Origin: Iphione sp. A-MEVVRFRX5
Taxonomy: Eukaryota
Length of the DNA: 64,000 nucleotides
Reading direction: 5' to 3'
NCBI GenBank assembly: GCA_976226885.1
Contig: OZ320314.1
Coordinates: 31,496,001-31,560,000, forward strand
Shown: piece by piece, positions 12,261-23,697 of the stretch
How the letters are laid out: every line of letters starts with the position of its first letter
Position numbering within the stretch: position 1 is the first letter of the stretch
Made by a program: the position numbers and the translations under genes
Notes under the pieces: generated by a model
The model's input: the letters and a program-made list of their open reading frames with translations, nothing else
Database searches by the model: none
Told to the model about the DNA's origin: nothing

Positions 12261-15200
12261 TAACTGTATGGAAAAATGAAATGGTTTCGGTGGCTAAAAT
12301 ATATGCAATAGCATGTTCAGTGCGCCAACGTACCTTGTGGAAGATGGTTTCTAGGTCTTTATCAGATTATAATTTTAATAACTATCCTGGGTGTCCTGCG
12401 TAAGTTTTCTTATCCAGTGTTCTTGTTCGGTTATATGTTATAAAAAAAACAAAAAGCATGCTATTACTGTATTTAATTATGCTGATTTCTTAATAAACCA
12501 GGCATGTGCCTTATTAAACAAAAAACAACATAATATCGCCCAGCGGATGTCAAGGTGAAGGTAGTGACGGATGTGCTCTACTGGAAAGGATGTATGTTGC
12601 TCTGTTCAGCCGCAAGTGAAACAACAGTAGAATCCCTCTAATACAACGGACGAGCTCATTCTCCCGAATGGAGAGTTGGCCAATCCATATATGTATGGGG
12701 CTGGGACCAATAAAAAATTCTGAGTTGCCCTCCTGGTTGAGTTGCCCTCAGTGCGAGTTGCAACCTCTTTATAACGCAAGGTGCAGCCTATAATTTTTGT
12801 CAGTGTTTTGGGTCAACCTGCTAGTCATGATGAGACAAACCAGTCAGTATTTCTTGCAACATAATGAATCAAGCACTAAATGTTCCGAATGCTCAATCAT
12901 ACAATTAGACAGCCTTTTCATTGTCACCTTGATCGGTGAGCACGATGTTATAGATGAGGATATCGGACATGCGTCAGGTTTTCTTTACGTCAGCGTCTAA
13001 TTTCAAAGTCTTCGACCTGATCATACATCTCGCTACGTCAGAAAACTGAAGTGAATACTAATAACAGTCACCTGAAATGCACTTCACTGCAGCTTTAAAG
13101 GAATGCCTATTACGCTAGATACCTATTAGGACTACGGTATTCTCCTCAGACCACCAGTACGGTCATTTGGATATGGGCTGAACTGGCATCGCGCCATATT
13201 ACCCGCCTGACACCTTCGGTAAGCTCTCCACAACGGTCTGTATGCTTATCGTGATGTTTGGTCAGAAACCTCATCGGGTGAGAGCAAATCCTTTTTGTGG
13301 ACTTTGTTGCTGTCCAGCACTAACCGGTAAATGCATTCGTGTTTGGAATGTGCCCTAGAAACGGTCGGTGGGCTTTCAGAAGATACCTCGCAAGGGTTTA
13401 GAATTAATCAGCCGTCAGCCCACTTCTAATTTGGCAAAGGTATTTTGTGCTGATGCATTGTGTCCTGCAAAATATAATATGAACTTTTAAATTTTAAAGG
13501 TGATCCCTGCGCAAAGATGTTATCACATGATTGACATACGACCTTCATGAAGGTTATCAGGTGAAGTAAATAAGTCAGAAACATTTCTTTAAGTATGGTT
13601 GAATGTAAACTTTTAAATATGAATTACACATAGTATGATTATTGGTAATTGCAACCTTCTAGCTTTGACAAATGTCCTGTCAATCAAATTCAAATAGAGT
13701 GTAACCTATCAAATATATGAGAAAGGTGGATAAAGGAAGAGATCATCACCAATCTCCTCCACACAGTTTTACCCTACAACAATACTGAGTCTTAGGCTAG
13801 CCATGTCAAGTTATTCATGTGCATTGGTCTGATCAAATATAAAATAATATAAGTATATGCAAATTACTTAAGGCATTCTAAAAAGACGGAAAAAATATCT
13901 ATAATGATGATTTGATGTTTATACCCTCTACATTTGAAGACTTAGTATAAACAGTGGAGTCAAATTTTCAGTGCAGGAATTGACTACAGAATGAAATTTC
14001 TTATACTCAAAACAACAGCTGCATTAGATTTTAGTGGTGACCTGCCTAAACAGTAGGCTGGCTGCGGATCAAGAACTTCTCGCCATGGAAATTTAAGTAT
14101 ATTTATGATAGCCTCTTTTATCAGGTTGCTCCGCATACTACACTTCCAAGTTGACAGTATATCTGTAATGAATAGTAAGTGGCACTGGGTATGCATGCAT
14201 CACTAGTCTGTATGCAAGTTCTTGGTACATACCTTCACGAGAATGACTATTACCCATGAATGAATACACCTCGATATTTCCCAAGCTACTTCCTATGTTA
14301 ATTTTTTTGACACTCTGGATCGCTAGATTGAAGCTCTTGATGGCCATCAAAAATACTCTCTCGGAGAGGCAGTCTTCCCGTTATGATATCTGAAGCAGAT
14401 TGAGGATCTTACTATGAATACCTATGAGATTTAGCTTAGCAACAGCATATAACATCCGAAATACCCTCTTGTAGAAATATACTACATATTACAGTAAGGG
14501 CATGGGTAAGGATAGCACGCTGTGAATGAATGAAGAAGATTTGAACTTAAAACGTAATTCTCATAAGAATTGATTCGAAAACCTGCATGCGAAGGGAGGG
14601 AGGGGACGATCAAAGAGTTAAAGTTTATGCAGATACAGCACAACATACTTTATTAACACATATACATACATACCTTCATTTTTACATAATTATAGGCTGC
14701 GAAGTGCAATCAAAGGAAAATATCGATTGTGCTGAGGCGAGACAGAGCGGGAAAGACGATCCCAGGGGTCCCTCTCATAAAACATGGCACTGATCGAAAG
14801 CAAATTTTTTTTAAAGCTGATTAGGGAAGATAACACTCTGCATGAAATCAAAAGTAATTTAAACGTCCAACGAACGTCAGTATGAGCTGAAATCGCAACA
14901 TAAAAGTCACTATCAGGTAGGCAACTAATATACTTTATAGGAGAGAAAATTGTTTAGCTTTAACTATAAAACAGAGACTATTTTGAATGCAAGTGGAAGA
15001 ACGATTGGTGCGCTGATCAGCACGCAAAGCAGCGCTTCACTGGCTAGTTCAGCACATAGGTTCCTCCTTGGCTCCCAGAGGTACCTCGTCTTTCAGTATT
15101 AATGGCAGAGGGATATACCTCTGGGGTGCCTCTGATGTCGGCTATTTCGAGTGGAAAAGAGTTTCGGGGTTGAGGAGGAGGAGGAGGAGGAGGAGGAAAG

Positions 15201-15643
15201 ATGACAACAACGGCGATGATAGCTCAGCCAACAATTAAGACTAACTGCTGACCGCCTAGCACATTTGATCCTGGTTAGAATGATCACTGGCAAGCGGTAC
15301 TCCAGTCATACCACCTTTGTTTTCAATTTACGACAATGGTGTCTGGTTAGCGTCTTAGACCCATGTATAAACATCTTACTTTTTCAATAGTGCTTTATAC
15401 AGAAGCAACCCATGTGGCATGGTTCATATATATGCAGCGGCGCAGCCCCATACATGCATACTTCCATACCTGCACAAGATATAATCCAAGTGAACCCACA
15501 ATTAATACTCATCATACGACTTTACCCATCGAACAAAGAAGTAATATCATAATAGCATTGCAATTTGGATCAAGAGTGGTATAGCCCAATGCTGTGAATG
15601 AGGATCTTGACAGCGGCTTAGCCCCATGTCACCCAATATACTC

Positions 15644-17734
15644 ATTGTACCCGATATGACAAAGAGTACGCGACACCTAATTTCTTCACATGTGTCACAA
15701 ATTTCTTGTATGAGAGATTTGTGACTTCCTCAGGTAATTTATTCCATATTCCAGCTAGGAGGTATCCTATCGACTTTTTATATGATTCCCTCCTCAGCAT
15801 ATCCAAATCTGTCGTTTCTTGCCCTCTCTCACATTATATATGCCAGGTCTAGAAAATGCCCTATTGTATCCCAACTGCAATAACCTTTTATCCCTGACCC
15901 TAATAAAATCTGCTTCAACCTCCCTTAAATTAAATCTTTTAAACGCCACATTTAACATTGTTTTCCTGACCCTCATTAACTTAGCAAATGTACTCCATTT
16001 AGTGTTCGTGTAGATTACAGATACGTACTCAATTACAGGCAACAGCATCGTGCATACAACCATTAATGCAGTACTGGCATCCAACATAAACCTAATTTTC
16101 CTAAAATAATGCAACTTGCCCATACCCCTCTTAATTAGCCTTCTCTGTGCTATCGACATAGTTAACCTCTCATCTAGTACTACACCGAGATACTCCACCT
16201 GATTGACAGTCTCAATAGACCCTTCTCCCCTTTTATAACCCCTACAAACTATTTTCTGATTCAAAGTTCCATACCTAAATTGGACACATTTGGTCTAGGC
16301 TATATTTACCATAATCTTACACTGACAGGCCCATTTATGAAAGTCCGCACACACACGCTCCACATTCATTCCTAGGTCTCCTTGTAAGATACCACTACCA
16401 CAACAGCCACGTCATCTGCATACATAAAACAAGTAACCCCTTCTAAATGTAGTGGTAGATCGTTAATGAAAATTAAAAACATCAGCAGCCCTAGTATTGA
16501 GCCTTGGGGGACTCCACATGAAATTTCACCTATTGATGACTTTGTTCCATTGCAATAAACATATTGTTGTCACATTGATAAATAACTTTTCAACCATTTC
16601 ATTACCGACCCTCCCAACCCACAGGCTTTAAGTTTTTTAATTAAGATTTCATGATTTACAGAATCAAAAGCCTTTTTAAAATCAATGAATAAACCCACAA
16701 CTAACTTACCCCCATTTAATCTATTGTGAATTGCATCTGTTAAATCCATGATAGCTAGGTCAGTTGACATGCCAGGACGAAAACCGTACTGTCTGTCACT
16801 AAAGAGTTTGTTTTCTGTTAAATGCTTGAAAATTTTCCTATGGACCACCCTCTCCATAACCTTACTGAAGACAGTCAGAAGGCTAATAGGCCTATAATTC
16901 CCTATAACATTTGGGTCCCCCCCTTTCCACAATGGGACCACCTTTGCCATTTTCCAGTCAGTGGGTATCTCACCGCTTCTGTAACTGTCATTTAACAAGT
17001 CTGTAAATTTCTGAATTGATCCTAAGATTATTTTCTTCATCAACCTAGTTGGTACATCACCTACCATGGACGCCTTATTTTCATTTAACTTTTTAACTAT
17101 GTCACTTACTTCTTCACAAGTAGTACTAATCGGCATAGATAAGTCATTTGCCACTACAGGCAAAACAAATGTAGCATGGTTACTAGAAGATAATATTTCC
17201 TGTATCCCACCTCCAATACTGAGAAAAAATTCATTTATCCCATCTGGGACACAATTTGCCTCTACTTCTGCGCCTTCTTGATAGTAATGACTGAGTCATC
17301 CATGGGTTATATTCACGCCGCACCCTCAACTTCCTTAGGGGATTGTATTTGTCGTATAGAGTCAAAATAATAGATTTCATCACACACCACCTATTATTCA
17401 CTCCACTAATGCTATCAACCATTTCATTCACACACACATTTATTTCTTGCAACATTTCATCCTCATCACAAACTCTCTTCCTTCTTACGTACACAAACTT
17501 GATACATACCCTATTTCTTCCCCTACCAATACTAGCTGTCACAGCCCCATGATCAGTGAATGGGGTATCAACTACTGAGTGACTCCAAATCATCTCCTTA
17601 CAATTTGGTATTATCAAATCCCTCAACGTTTCAGACTGTTCTGTTATTCTGGTAGGAGACGCTATTATTTGATTCCCATCAACTGACAACATAAAGTCCT
17701 CTAACCTATCCCTATTTACAGATGACTTCCTCAT
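15644..17734 (-). mobile_element. CR1/L2-type LINE (element A): ORF2 reverse transcriptase and C-terminal half of the endonuclease, degenerate
   Basis: YRPISLLTVFSKVMER, QYGFRPGMST, FIDFKKAFDSVNH, GVPQGSILG, YADD, VEYLGVVLDERLT, C-terminal WNKLPEEV; endonuclease end PTRIT...DLII...TDH. Several frameshifts. Confidence 0.95.
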
Positions 17735-20660
17735 TTTTGTTGGCCTCCTTCAGTCTCGTAGACTATGGATTTGCACATTTTTTTTGTGGCTGTACAGGCC
17801 TATTCTTGATAGACATGTCCTGCCACATATCCCACAGGTGTATCCGGGTATCAGAACACAACTTGGCTCTTTCCTGCGTGATCTCTTTTCTTCTACCTGT
17901 TGTTTTAGAGTCACTTCCAGTGTCGTAGCTCCTCTGTGCAAGGAGGCTCTCCACTTGGTGCAGTCTTTTGCAAGGTCTTGCCAAGATTGGGGGTTCAAGT
18001 TGAAAGCCTGGAGGTCTTTCTTCACCAGGTCTTTGAAGTGAAGCTTGGACTGTCCTATTGGTCTGTTTCCTGAGGCCACTTCCCCAAACAGAATGATCTT
18101 GGGGATTCTGTGATCTTCCTTTGTCTTTATGTGTCCCAGCTATTGAAGTCAGCGCTTCTTCAAGATAGTTTACATGTTGGCCAACTTTGTTCATGTGAGA
18201 ACTTCTTGGTTTGAGACTTTGTCGCTCTAAGAAATGCCGAGTATTTTTCTTAAGCAGCGCATGTGGAAAGTATTCAGTTTGCATTCCTGGTGTGAGTATG
18301 TTGTCCAAGTTTCACTTCCATAGAGTAGTGAACTCAGGATGCAAGCATTGTAGACACTGATTTTGGTGTGCGTGCAAAGTTTTGGGTTCTCCCATACTCT
18401 GGTTTTGAGTCCTGCTAGGGTACCTGCTACTTTACCTATCCATCTGTTTACCTCATTGTCTAGGGAAAGGTTATCAGTGATTGTCGACCCAAGGTATGTA
18501 AAGTCATGCACAACATCCAGTGTGTAGTTGTTGACTTTTATTTCTGGGGTCAGATTGTTGGTTGTGCTTAGAATGTTGGTCTTTTTCAAGGTTATGGTAA
18601 GTCCAAAGTCCTTGCTCTGGAGAAGTCATTGATGAGTTTTTGTAGATCATCCTCTGTGTGGGTAATAAGGGCAACATCATCTGCAAATAGCATGTCTCTC
18701 ACCAGAACTCTCTGTATCTTGGTCTTGGCCTTTAATCGACTGGGGTTGAACAGGCTTCCATCTGATCTTGTGTGGAAGTAGACACCTTCTGTTGAGTTTG
18801 CAAAGGCATGTTGGAGTAGAAGGGAGAAGAATATACCAAAGAGTGTTGAGGCAAAGACACAACCTTGTTTTACCCCACTATTGATTGCAAAGGGGTCAGA
18901 GGTAGAGCCATCATAGTGCACTGTGCCCATCATGTTGGTGTGAAAGGACTTAGTGATGTTTAGTAGCTTTGGTGGGCATCCTATGCTTTGAAGAATTTTA
19001 AAAAGTCCTTCTCTGCTGACTAGATCGAAAGCCTTTGTTAGATCTATGAAGGCTACCTAGAGTGGCATCTGCTGTTCCCTGCATTTTTCTTGCAGTTGCC
19101 TGATGGAGAATACCATGTCCTCCGTTGATCTTCCAGAGCAGAACCCGCATTGTGACTCTGGGTAAACTCTCTGTGTTAGCTTTTGGAGTCTGGATAGCAC
19201 AACTTTTGTGAAAAGCTTTGCAGTGATACTAAGAAGAAAAATGCCTCGGATGTTGTTGCAGTTGCTACGGTCTCCCTTGTTCTTGTAAAGTGTGATGATG
19301 TTGGCATCATGCATATCTTGTGGTACTTCTCCATTGTTCCAGCACTGGCAGAGGAGTTTGTACAGTAGTGCTAGCAATGTGGTTTTACCACATTTGAAGA
19401 TTTCTGGTGGTATGCCATCTTGTCATGGTGATTTGCCTGTTTTCAGTTTGTCAATTGCTTTTGAGAGGTCTTCCATTGTTGGTAGATCATCGAGTTTCTG
19501 CATTATGGGGAGTTCTGTGATTGTGTGCAGTGCATGTTCAGCTACGTGGTTCTCACATTGGTATAGTTCAGAATAATGGTCAACCCAGCGATTTAGTTGA
19601 TGCATTTTGTCATATATTGCCTCCCCAGTGAGTGTTTTCAGAGGGGCAGTTTTTGCTGTCCTTGGTCCAAGAGCCTTTTTTATGCCATCGTACATATTGT
19701 GGATGTTTCCTGTATCTGCTGCTGTTTGGATGCTTTGGCATAGCTCCAGCCAATAGTTGTTTGCACAATGTCTGGATATTTGCTTGACTTTGTTGCTGAT
19801 GTTTCTTAATTGTGATTTAGTTGCAACACTTGGATTTTGCTTGTATGCTAATTCAGCTTTTCTTTTTTCTTCTAAAAGTGGTCCCATGGTTTCCAAGTTG
19901 GCTTCAAACCAGTCGTTTGTAGTTCTGGGCTTCCTTCCAAAGGTGGACAAGGCGGCCTGATGTATGTTGTCTCTTAGCCTGTACCAGTAAGATGGGGTTT
20001 CGTTGTCTGGCAGGTTGTGGATGGCTTGGCTGAGGCTCTCTTTGAAGGCTGATACTTTCTCAGGATGAGTGGTCAAGAAGGTGTTGATGCACTTTTCCTG
20101 GCTGGCTTAGCAAGGTGTAGCTTTTTAGATCTTAGCTTCACTTTAGAGCAGACTAGGGAATGGTCTGTGTTGCAATCTGCACTGTGATAGGTGCGTGTGA
20201 TGAGTATGCTGCAGGTTTGACCGTCTGGTGATGATTAAGTCCAGTTGGTGCCAGTGCTTGGATTGAGGGTGTCTCCATGATACCTGGTGATGGCCTTGAT
20301 ATTAAAAAATGTATTTGTGATGCATAAGTTGTGGAAGGTGCAGAGTTCCAATAGGCGTTGACCATTTTCATTTATTTTTCCCACTCCAAAGTGTCCTAGA
20401 GTGTTGGGCCATGGGATGTTATCTGACCCAGCTTTGGCATTGAAGTCGCCTAATGCCTCTGTTGTCCGTGTGTTGCCACAAGGAGGCAGCAATTGGGGCT
20501 TGCTGGTGGAGAGGCTGTGTACTGGCAGGAGAGACTTACGCACTCGGCTCTCTTTTTACAGCAAGCTGCTAACCAGCAGTGAGAGCTGAAAGCGAGAGTT
20601 GCAAGCACTACACGCTATGCTAACACACTTGACGCATTCACCAACCATATGAACACACAG
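17735..20660 (-). mobile_element. RTE-clade (BovB-like) LINE (element B) inserted into element A, with an internal deletion in its 5' part
   Basis: GDFNAK endonuclease, RT motifs (LYKNKGDRS, QCGF, DL.KAFD, GVKQGCV, FADD, FTYLGS, LLYGSETW), C-terminal CGICGRTCLSRIGLYSH and 3' end gagactgaaggaggccaacaaaa. Flanked by a 21-bp TSD ATTTACAGATGACTTCCTCAT at 17714-17734 and 20661-20681. Confidence 0.95.
20466..20658 (-). ncRNA. Partial HDV-like self-cleaving ribozyme fold in the RTE 5' UTR (3' part apparently deleted)
   Basis: P1 5' strand GUGUGUU (20658-20652), 2 nt from the element 5' end, pairs 7/7 with AACACAC (20474-20468). P3 GCC/GGC encloses L3 UCCUUGU, followed by GG for P1.1. The long J1/2 is structured (GCUUGCUG/CAGCAAGC, GAGAG/CUCUC). 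J4/2 and the P2 3' strand were not found. Confidence 0.65.
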
Positions 20661-20744
20661 ATTTACAGATGACTTCCTCATATTAACATTGAAATCACCA
20701 CAAATTATATAATTTGGCAAATGCTTGACATTAATTGAGGTAAT
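20661..20744 (-). mobile_element. Element A, middle endonuclease fragment (ITSINVKHLPNYIICGDFNVNMRKSSVN)
   Basis: Contains the GDFN motif. Joins in frame to 17734 after removing element B and one TSD copy, and to 22312 after removing element C. Confidence 0.85.
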
Positions 20745-21270
20745 CGTTGTTTTGTGTAATCGTTGTTTTGTTAAACTACCAACAACTTTTGTTATTATAT
20801 AAAACAACGATTACACCTGTTACTGATTATATGGACTTAATTTGGAATATTTCTAGCAAATCAAATGCTAACAAAGTACTAATATCTCAAAAGAAAATTA
20901 TTAAAGAGGTTATTTTCATTGGACAGATTTATGAATACAAGAGAATTGTATCGACATCTAGTTTTACTGGATGTAAATCAAAGAACACAGCTTCATATAT
21001 TGACTAGAGGATATAGAGCACAAAGAAGGATTTTACCAGATTTTGAGCAAGAAAAATATACAGGAAAAACTCGCTTTGCGACCTTCTCACTTTGCGACCA
21101 AATCGACTATTGCGACCATTTTGGGTCGGAACGGAATTTTTTTTAGTACATTCTCTATATGACAGTGTCTTACTTTGCGACCATATTGCTTTCCGACCAT
21201 ATTCAGCGTCCGACCACTCATCTTTGGGTCGTTTTCTGTATGTTTTACTATCACTTTGCGACCGCCCAGC

Positions 21271-21712
21271 CTGGAGGGTCTATCACCCTGGAGGGGTAGC
21301 CCGAGAGTGGTCGCGGGCGTCAACTTCGACGACTTTGATGGTCTCTCACCCTGGAGGGGTTGGCCGGGGTGGTCGCGGGCGTCAACGGGGACGGCTCTGA
21401 TGGTCTCTCACCCTGGAGGGGTGAGGCTGAGAGTCGTCGCGGGCGTCAACTTCGAAGACTTTGATGGTCTCTCACCCTGGAGGGGTTGGCCGGGGTGGTC
21501 GCGGGCGTCAACGGGGACGGCTCTGATGGTCTCTCACCCTGGAGGGGTGAGGCTGAGAGTCGTCGCGGGATGTCGAGGCATCAACGGGGATGTCTTTGAT
21601 GGTCTCTCACCCTGGAGGGGTGAGGCCGAGAGTGGTCGCGGGATGTCGAGGCGTCAACTGCGACGTCTTTGATGGTCTCTCACCCTGGAGAGGGTCTCCC
21701 GAGAGTGGTCTC
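21271..21712. repeat. GC-rich minisatellite, 62-73 bp units, 7 cores, inside element D
   Basis: Core tcaccctggag at 21284, 21347, 21409, 21473, 21535, 21608 and 21681. Intervening parts are homologous to each other; units 2 and 4 are identical. Confidence 0.9.
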
Positions 21713-21729
21713 TCATCTCTTTGAGTCAC

Positions 21730-21853
21730 TTTTAGTCATAAAATTCAGCACTTTTTGGACTTAAAGTCATCAAATTCAGCACTTTTTGGACTTTTAGTCA
21801 TCAAATTCAGCACTTTTTGGACCTAAAGTCATCAAATTCAGCACTTTTTGGAC
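21730..21853. repeat. 31-bp tandem repeat x4 inside element D
   Basis: Unit ttttagtcat(a/c)aaattcagcactttttggac repeated four times, followed by a short (AG)n. Confidence 0.9.
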
Positions 21854-22311
21854 GTTTCATATGTTAATAGAGAGAGAGAGAGAAAGGGATATGATTTCAA
21901 GCCCAGACCCCATCCACAATCACTTTGCGACCATATTCGCTATTACGACCATTTTGGGCCGGCCCAAGTGCTGGTCGCAAAGCGAGTTTTTCCTGTAGTC
22001 ATAGAGAATTGGATCTGAATCTTAGGAACAAGGTAAAAACAAGCTTCACCATTACTCATTATAAAAATGTTTTACAGTGCAAGATGACTTCCAACATAGT
22101 TGCAAATAGTTGGAATAAATGTAAACTAACAATAGATGACGGGCTTGAGCCTAAGGACTTCAAAAAGGAAACAGCAAGACTTATTTTTGACAATGGTTAA
22201 GTTTGTAAGTTTGTAATATTGTAACTAACAAAGGAAGCATATACATAAGAATTAGCGAATGTATATTCGATTATGTATATGTTGAATTCAGAAATAAATA
22301 AATAAATAAAT

Positions 22312-22700
22312 TTTTAATATATCTGACAAGGTATCTAATAACCCCTTTAAATCCCCGTTGGGTGGTAGCATCCAAAACCATGGAAAACAAGGCCATTTCT
22401 TTTACATATCAGATGAACAATTTCATATGCATGTGAAGACATAGTATTTTCCTTTACAAAACTCAATACTATATCTTTGTCATCACGATAGTAAATCATT
22501 AACCCATCACCATGTTTCTTAACATCTTTTGGTCTATCATATCTAGAAAACTTATATCCTACTATGTTTAGGGAACTGTCTGGGATGTCCTCATCCAGCC
22601 AAGTCTCACCCAAACATCAATCTTATTTTTCATCAACAAATCCTCACATTCATGAATACACCTTAGCAAACTACGCACATTTAAGTACGATTTTCCGTAA
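22312..22700 (-). mobile_element. Element A, N-terminal endonuclease fragment
   Basis: LNVRSL, GETWLDEDIPDSSLNIVGYKFSRYDR...KHGDGLMIYY, CY(fs)PPNGDLKGLLDTLSDILK, all APE-type endonuclease motifs. Confidence 0.85.
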
Positions 22701-23399
22701 CATATCGAATGTTGTTTACGCAGCCCTATGCCACGGATATGAATGGAGGTGAGAAAAGTGATAACAGTGCTAAACAGCATCAATGAATAGTAAGCGTTAG
22801 CAGTGATAAGGAAAAACAAAATTTATCTAAGAGTCATGGCTGTGTTCACCAGGTGTAAAGGATGATGCAGTCGTTCCAGGTGTTATCTGAATTTCACATC
22901 GGCTATTTTCCAACACAAACGTTAGCTGCTGTCGATACCCCAATACCTTGTTACACCCCTTCTTGATTAATTCTAATTGATCTTCTCCAATCGAACAGAT
23001 CTTTCCTGTTGACAAACAGTCCTTTTACTTTCTCTTGCCACAGGCTACCAAGCGCAAAATAGGAAACAGGAAAGTCCCCAAGTCAACTTCTGATGCAGCC
23101 AGCCTGGGCGGACAAACCGGTAGGGAGTCGACAAGTACTTGTAAACACCTGTCTTCATTCCTTCATTATGTTGAAGATGTATGCTTTTAGCTGCATCTTG
23201 ACGTAAAAATCCCGGCCAATTGAGCTCTCACGATGAAATATAAAACTTGATAACTGTTACTTAAAAAAAAAAAATTTGATGACATTGATATTTACGTGTC
23301 TGTGGTTCCCTATTCTTTACCCGTTGCCGACTATGCAGGAGTAATCACCGGAACAATTTATTCCAACATACTTCATTTGGGGAGTAGTTGACCTTTAGC

Positions 23400-23697
23400 C
23401 ATCCAGTTGCGGGTTAATTGCCTTTTGCCAGGCAGCAAAAAGACACCTGCAATCAGGAAATGTACGAAGGTTTGTCTGGCGCCAACGACTAGGCAGACAC
23501 TCCTAGCAATGGTGAAGGATAGGCCATTCCAGCCTGGTGACACAAATTTAGCAGCAAAAGAAAATACCTGCCTAGTGACGTCACACCTAGGAATGTATTC
23601 AATAAACCTTGGAAAGCGCCAGTTGGAACATGCAGTTTCTCCAAGTTGGATTGTCAAGAATGGCGAACAACAGCCTGTTTGATGATGATGATGATGT
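23400..23697 (+). mobile_element. Possible degraded 3' end of a LINE with a (TGA)n tail
   Basis: Ends in DCQEWRTTACL followed by (TGA)5, reminiscent of RTE-type 3' ends. Upstream homology is not convincing. Confidence 0.3.

Larger units (their letters stand above)
21061..21995. mobile_element. Tc1/mariner (pogo/Tigger-like) MITE (element D) carrying internal minisatellites
   Basis: Perfect 23-bp TIR CAGGAAAAACTCGCTTTGCGACC / GGTCGCAAAGCGAGTTTTTCCTG, TA target duplication on both sides, repeated subterminal TTGCGACC motifs. Confidence 0.9.
20745..22311 (+). mobile_element. 5'-truncated CR1/L2-type LINE (element C) inserted antisense into element A
   Basis: RT C-terminal peptides LLYKTTITPVTDYMDLIW...SQKKII and NLRNKVKTSF...NSWNK...FKKE, then a 3' UTR and (TAAA)n tail ending at about 22311. 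Interrupted by the MITE at 21061-21995; removing the MITE restores EQEKY-SHRELDLNLRN in frame. Confidence 0.8.

Noticed and set aside
21175-21672. 165-aa ORF with DGLSPWRG repeats
   Set aside because: A by-product of the GC-rich minisatellite; no splice signals or recognisable domain.
21271-21712. CRISPR-like array (conserved core with variable spacers)
   Set aside because: The spacers are homologous to each other and two units are identical; the array is inside a eukaryotic MITE and there are no cas genes. It is a minisatellite.
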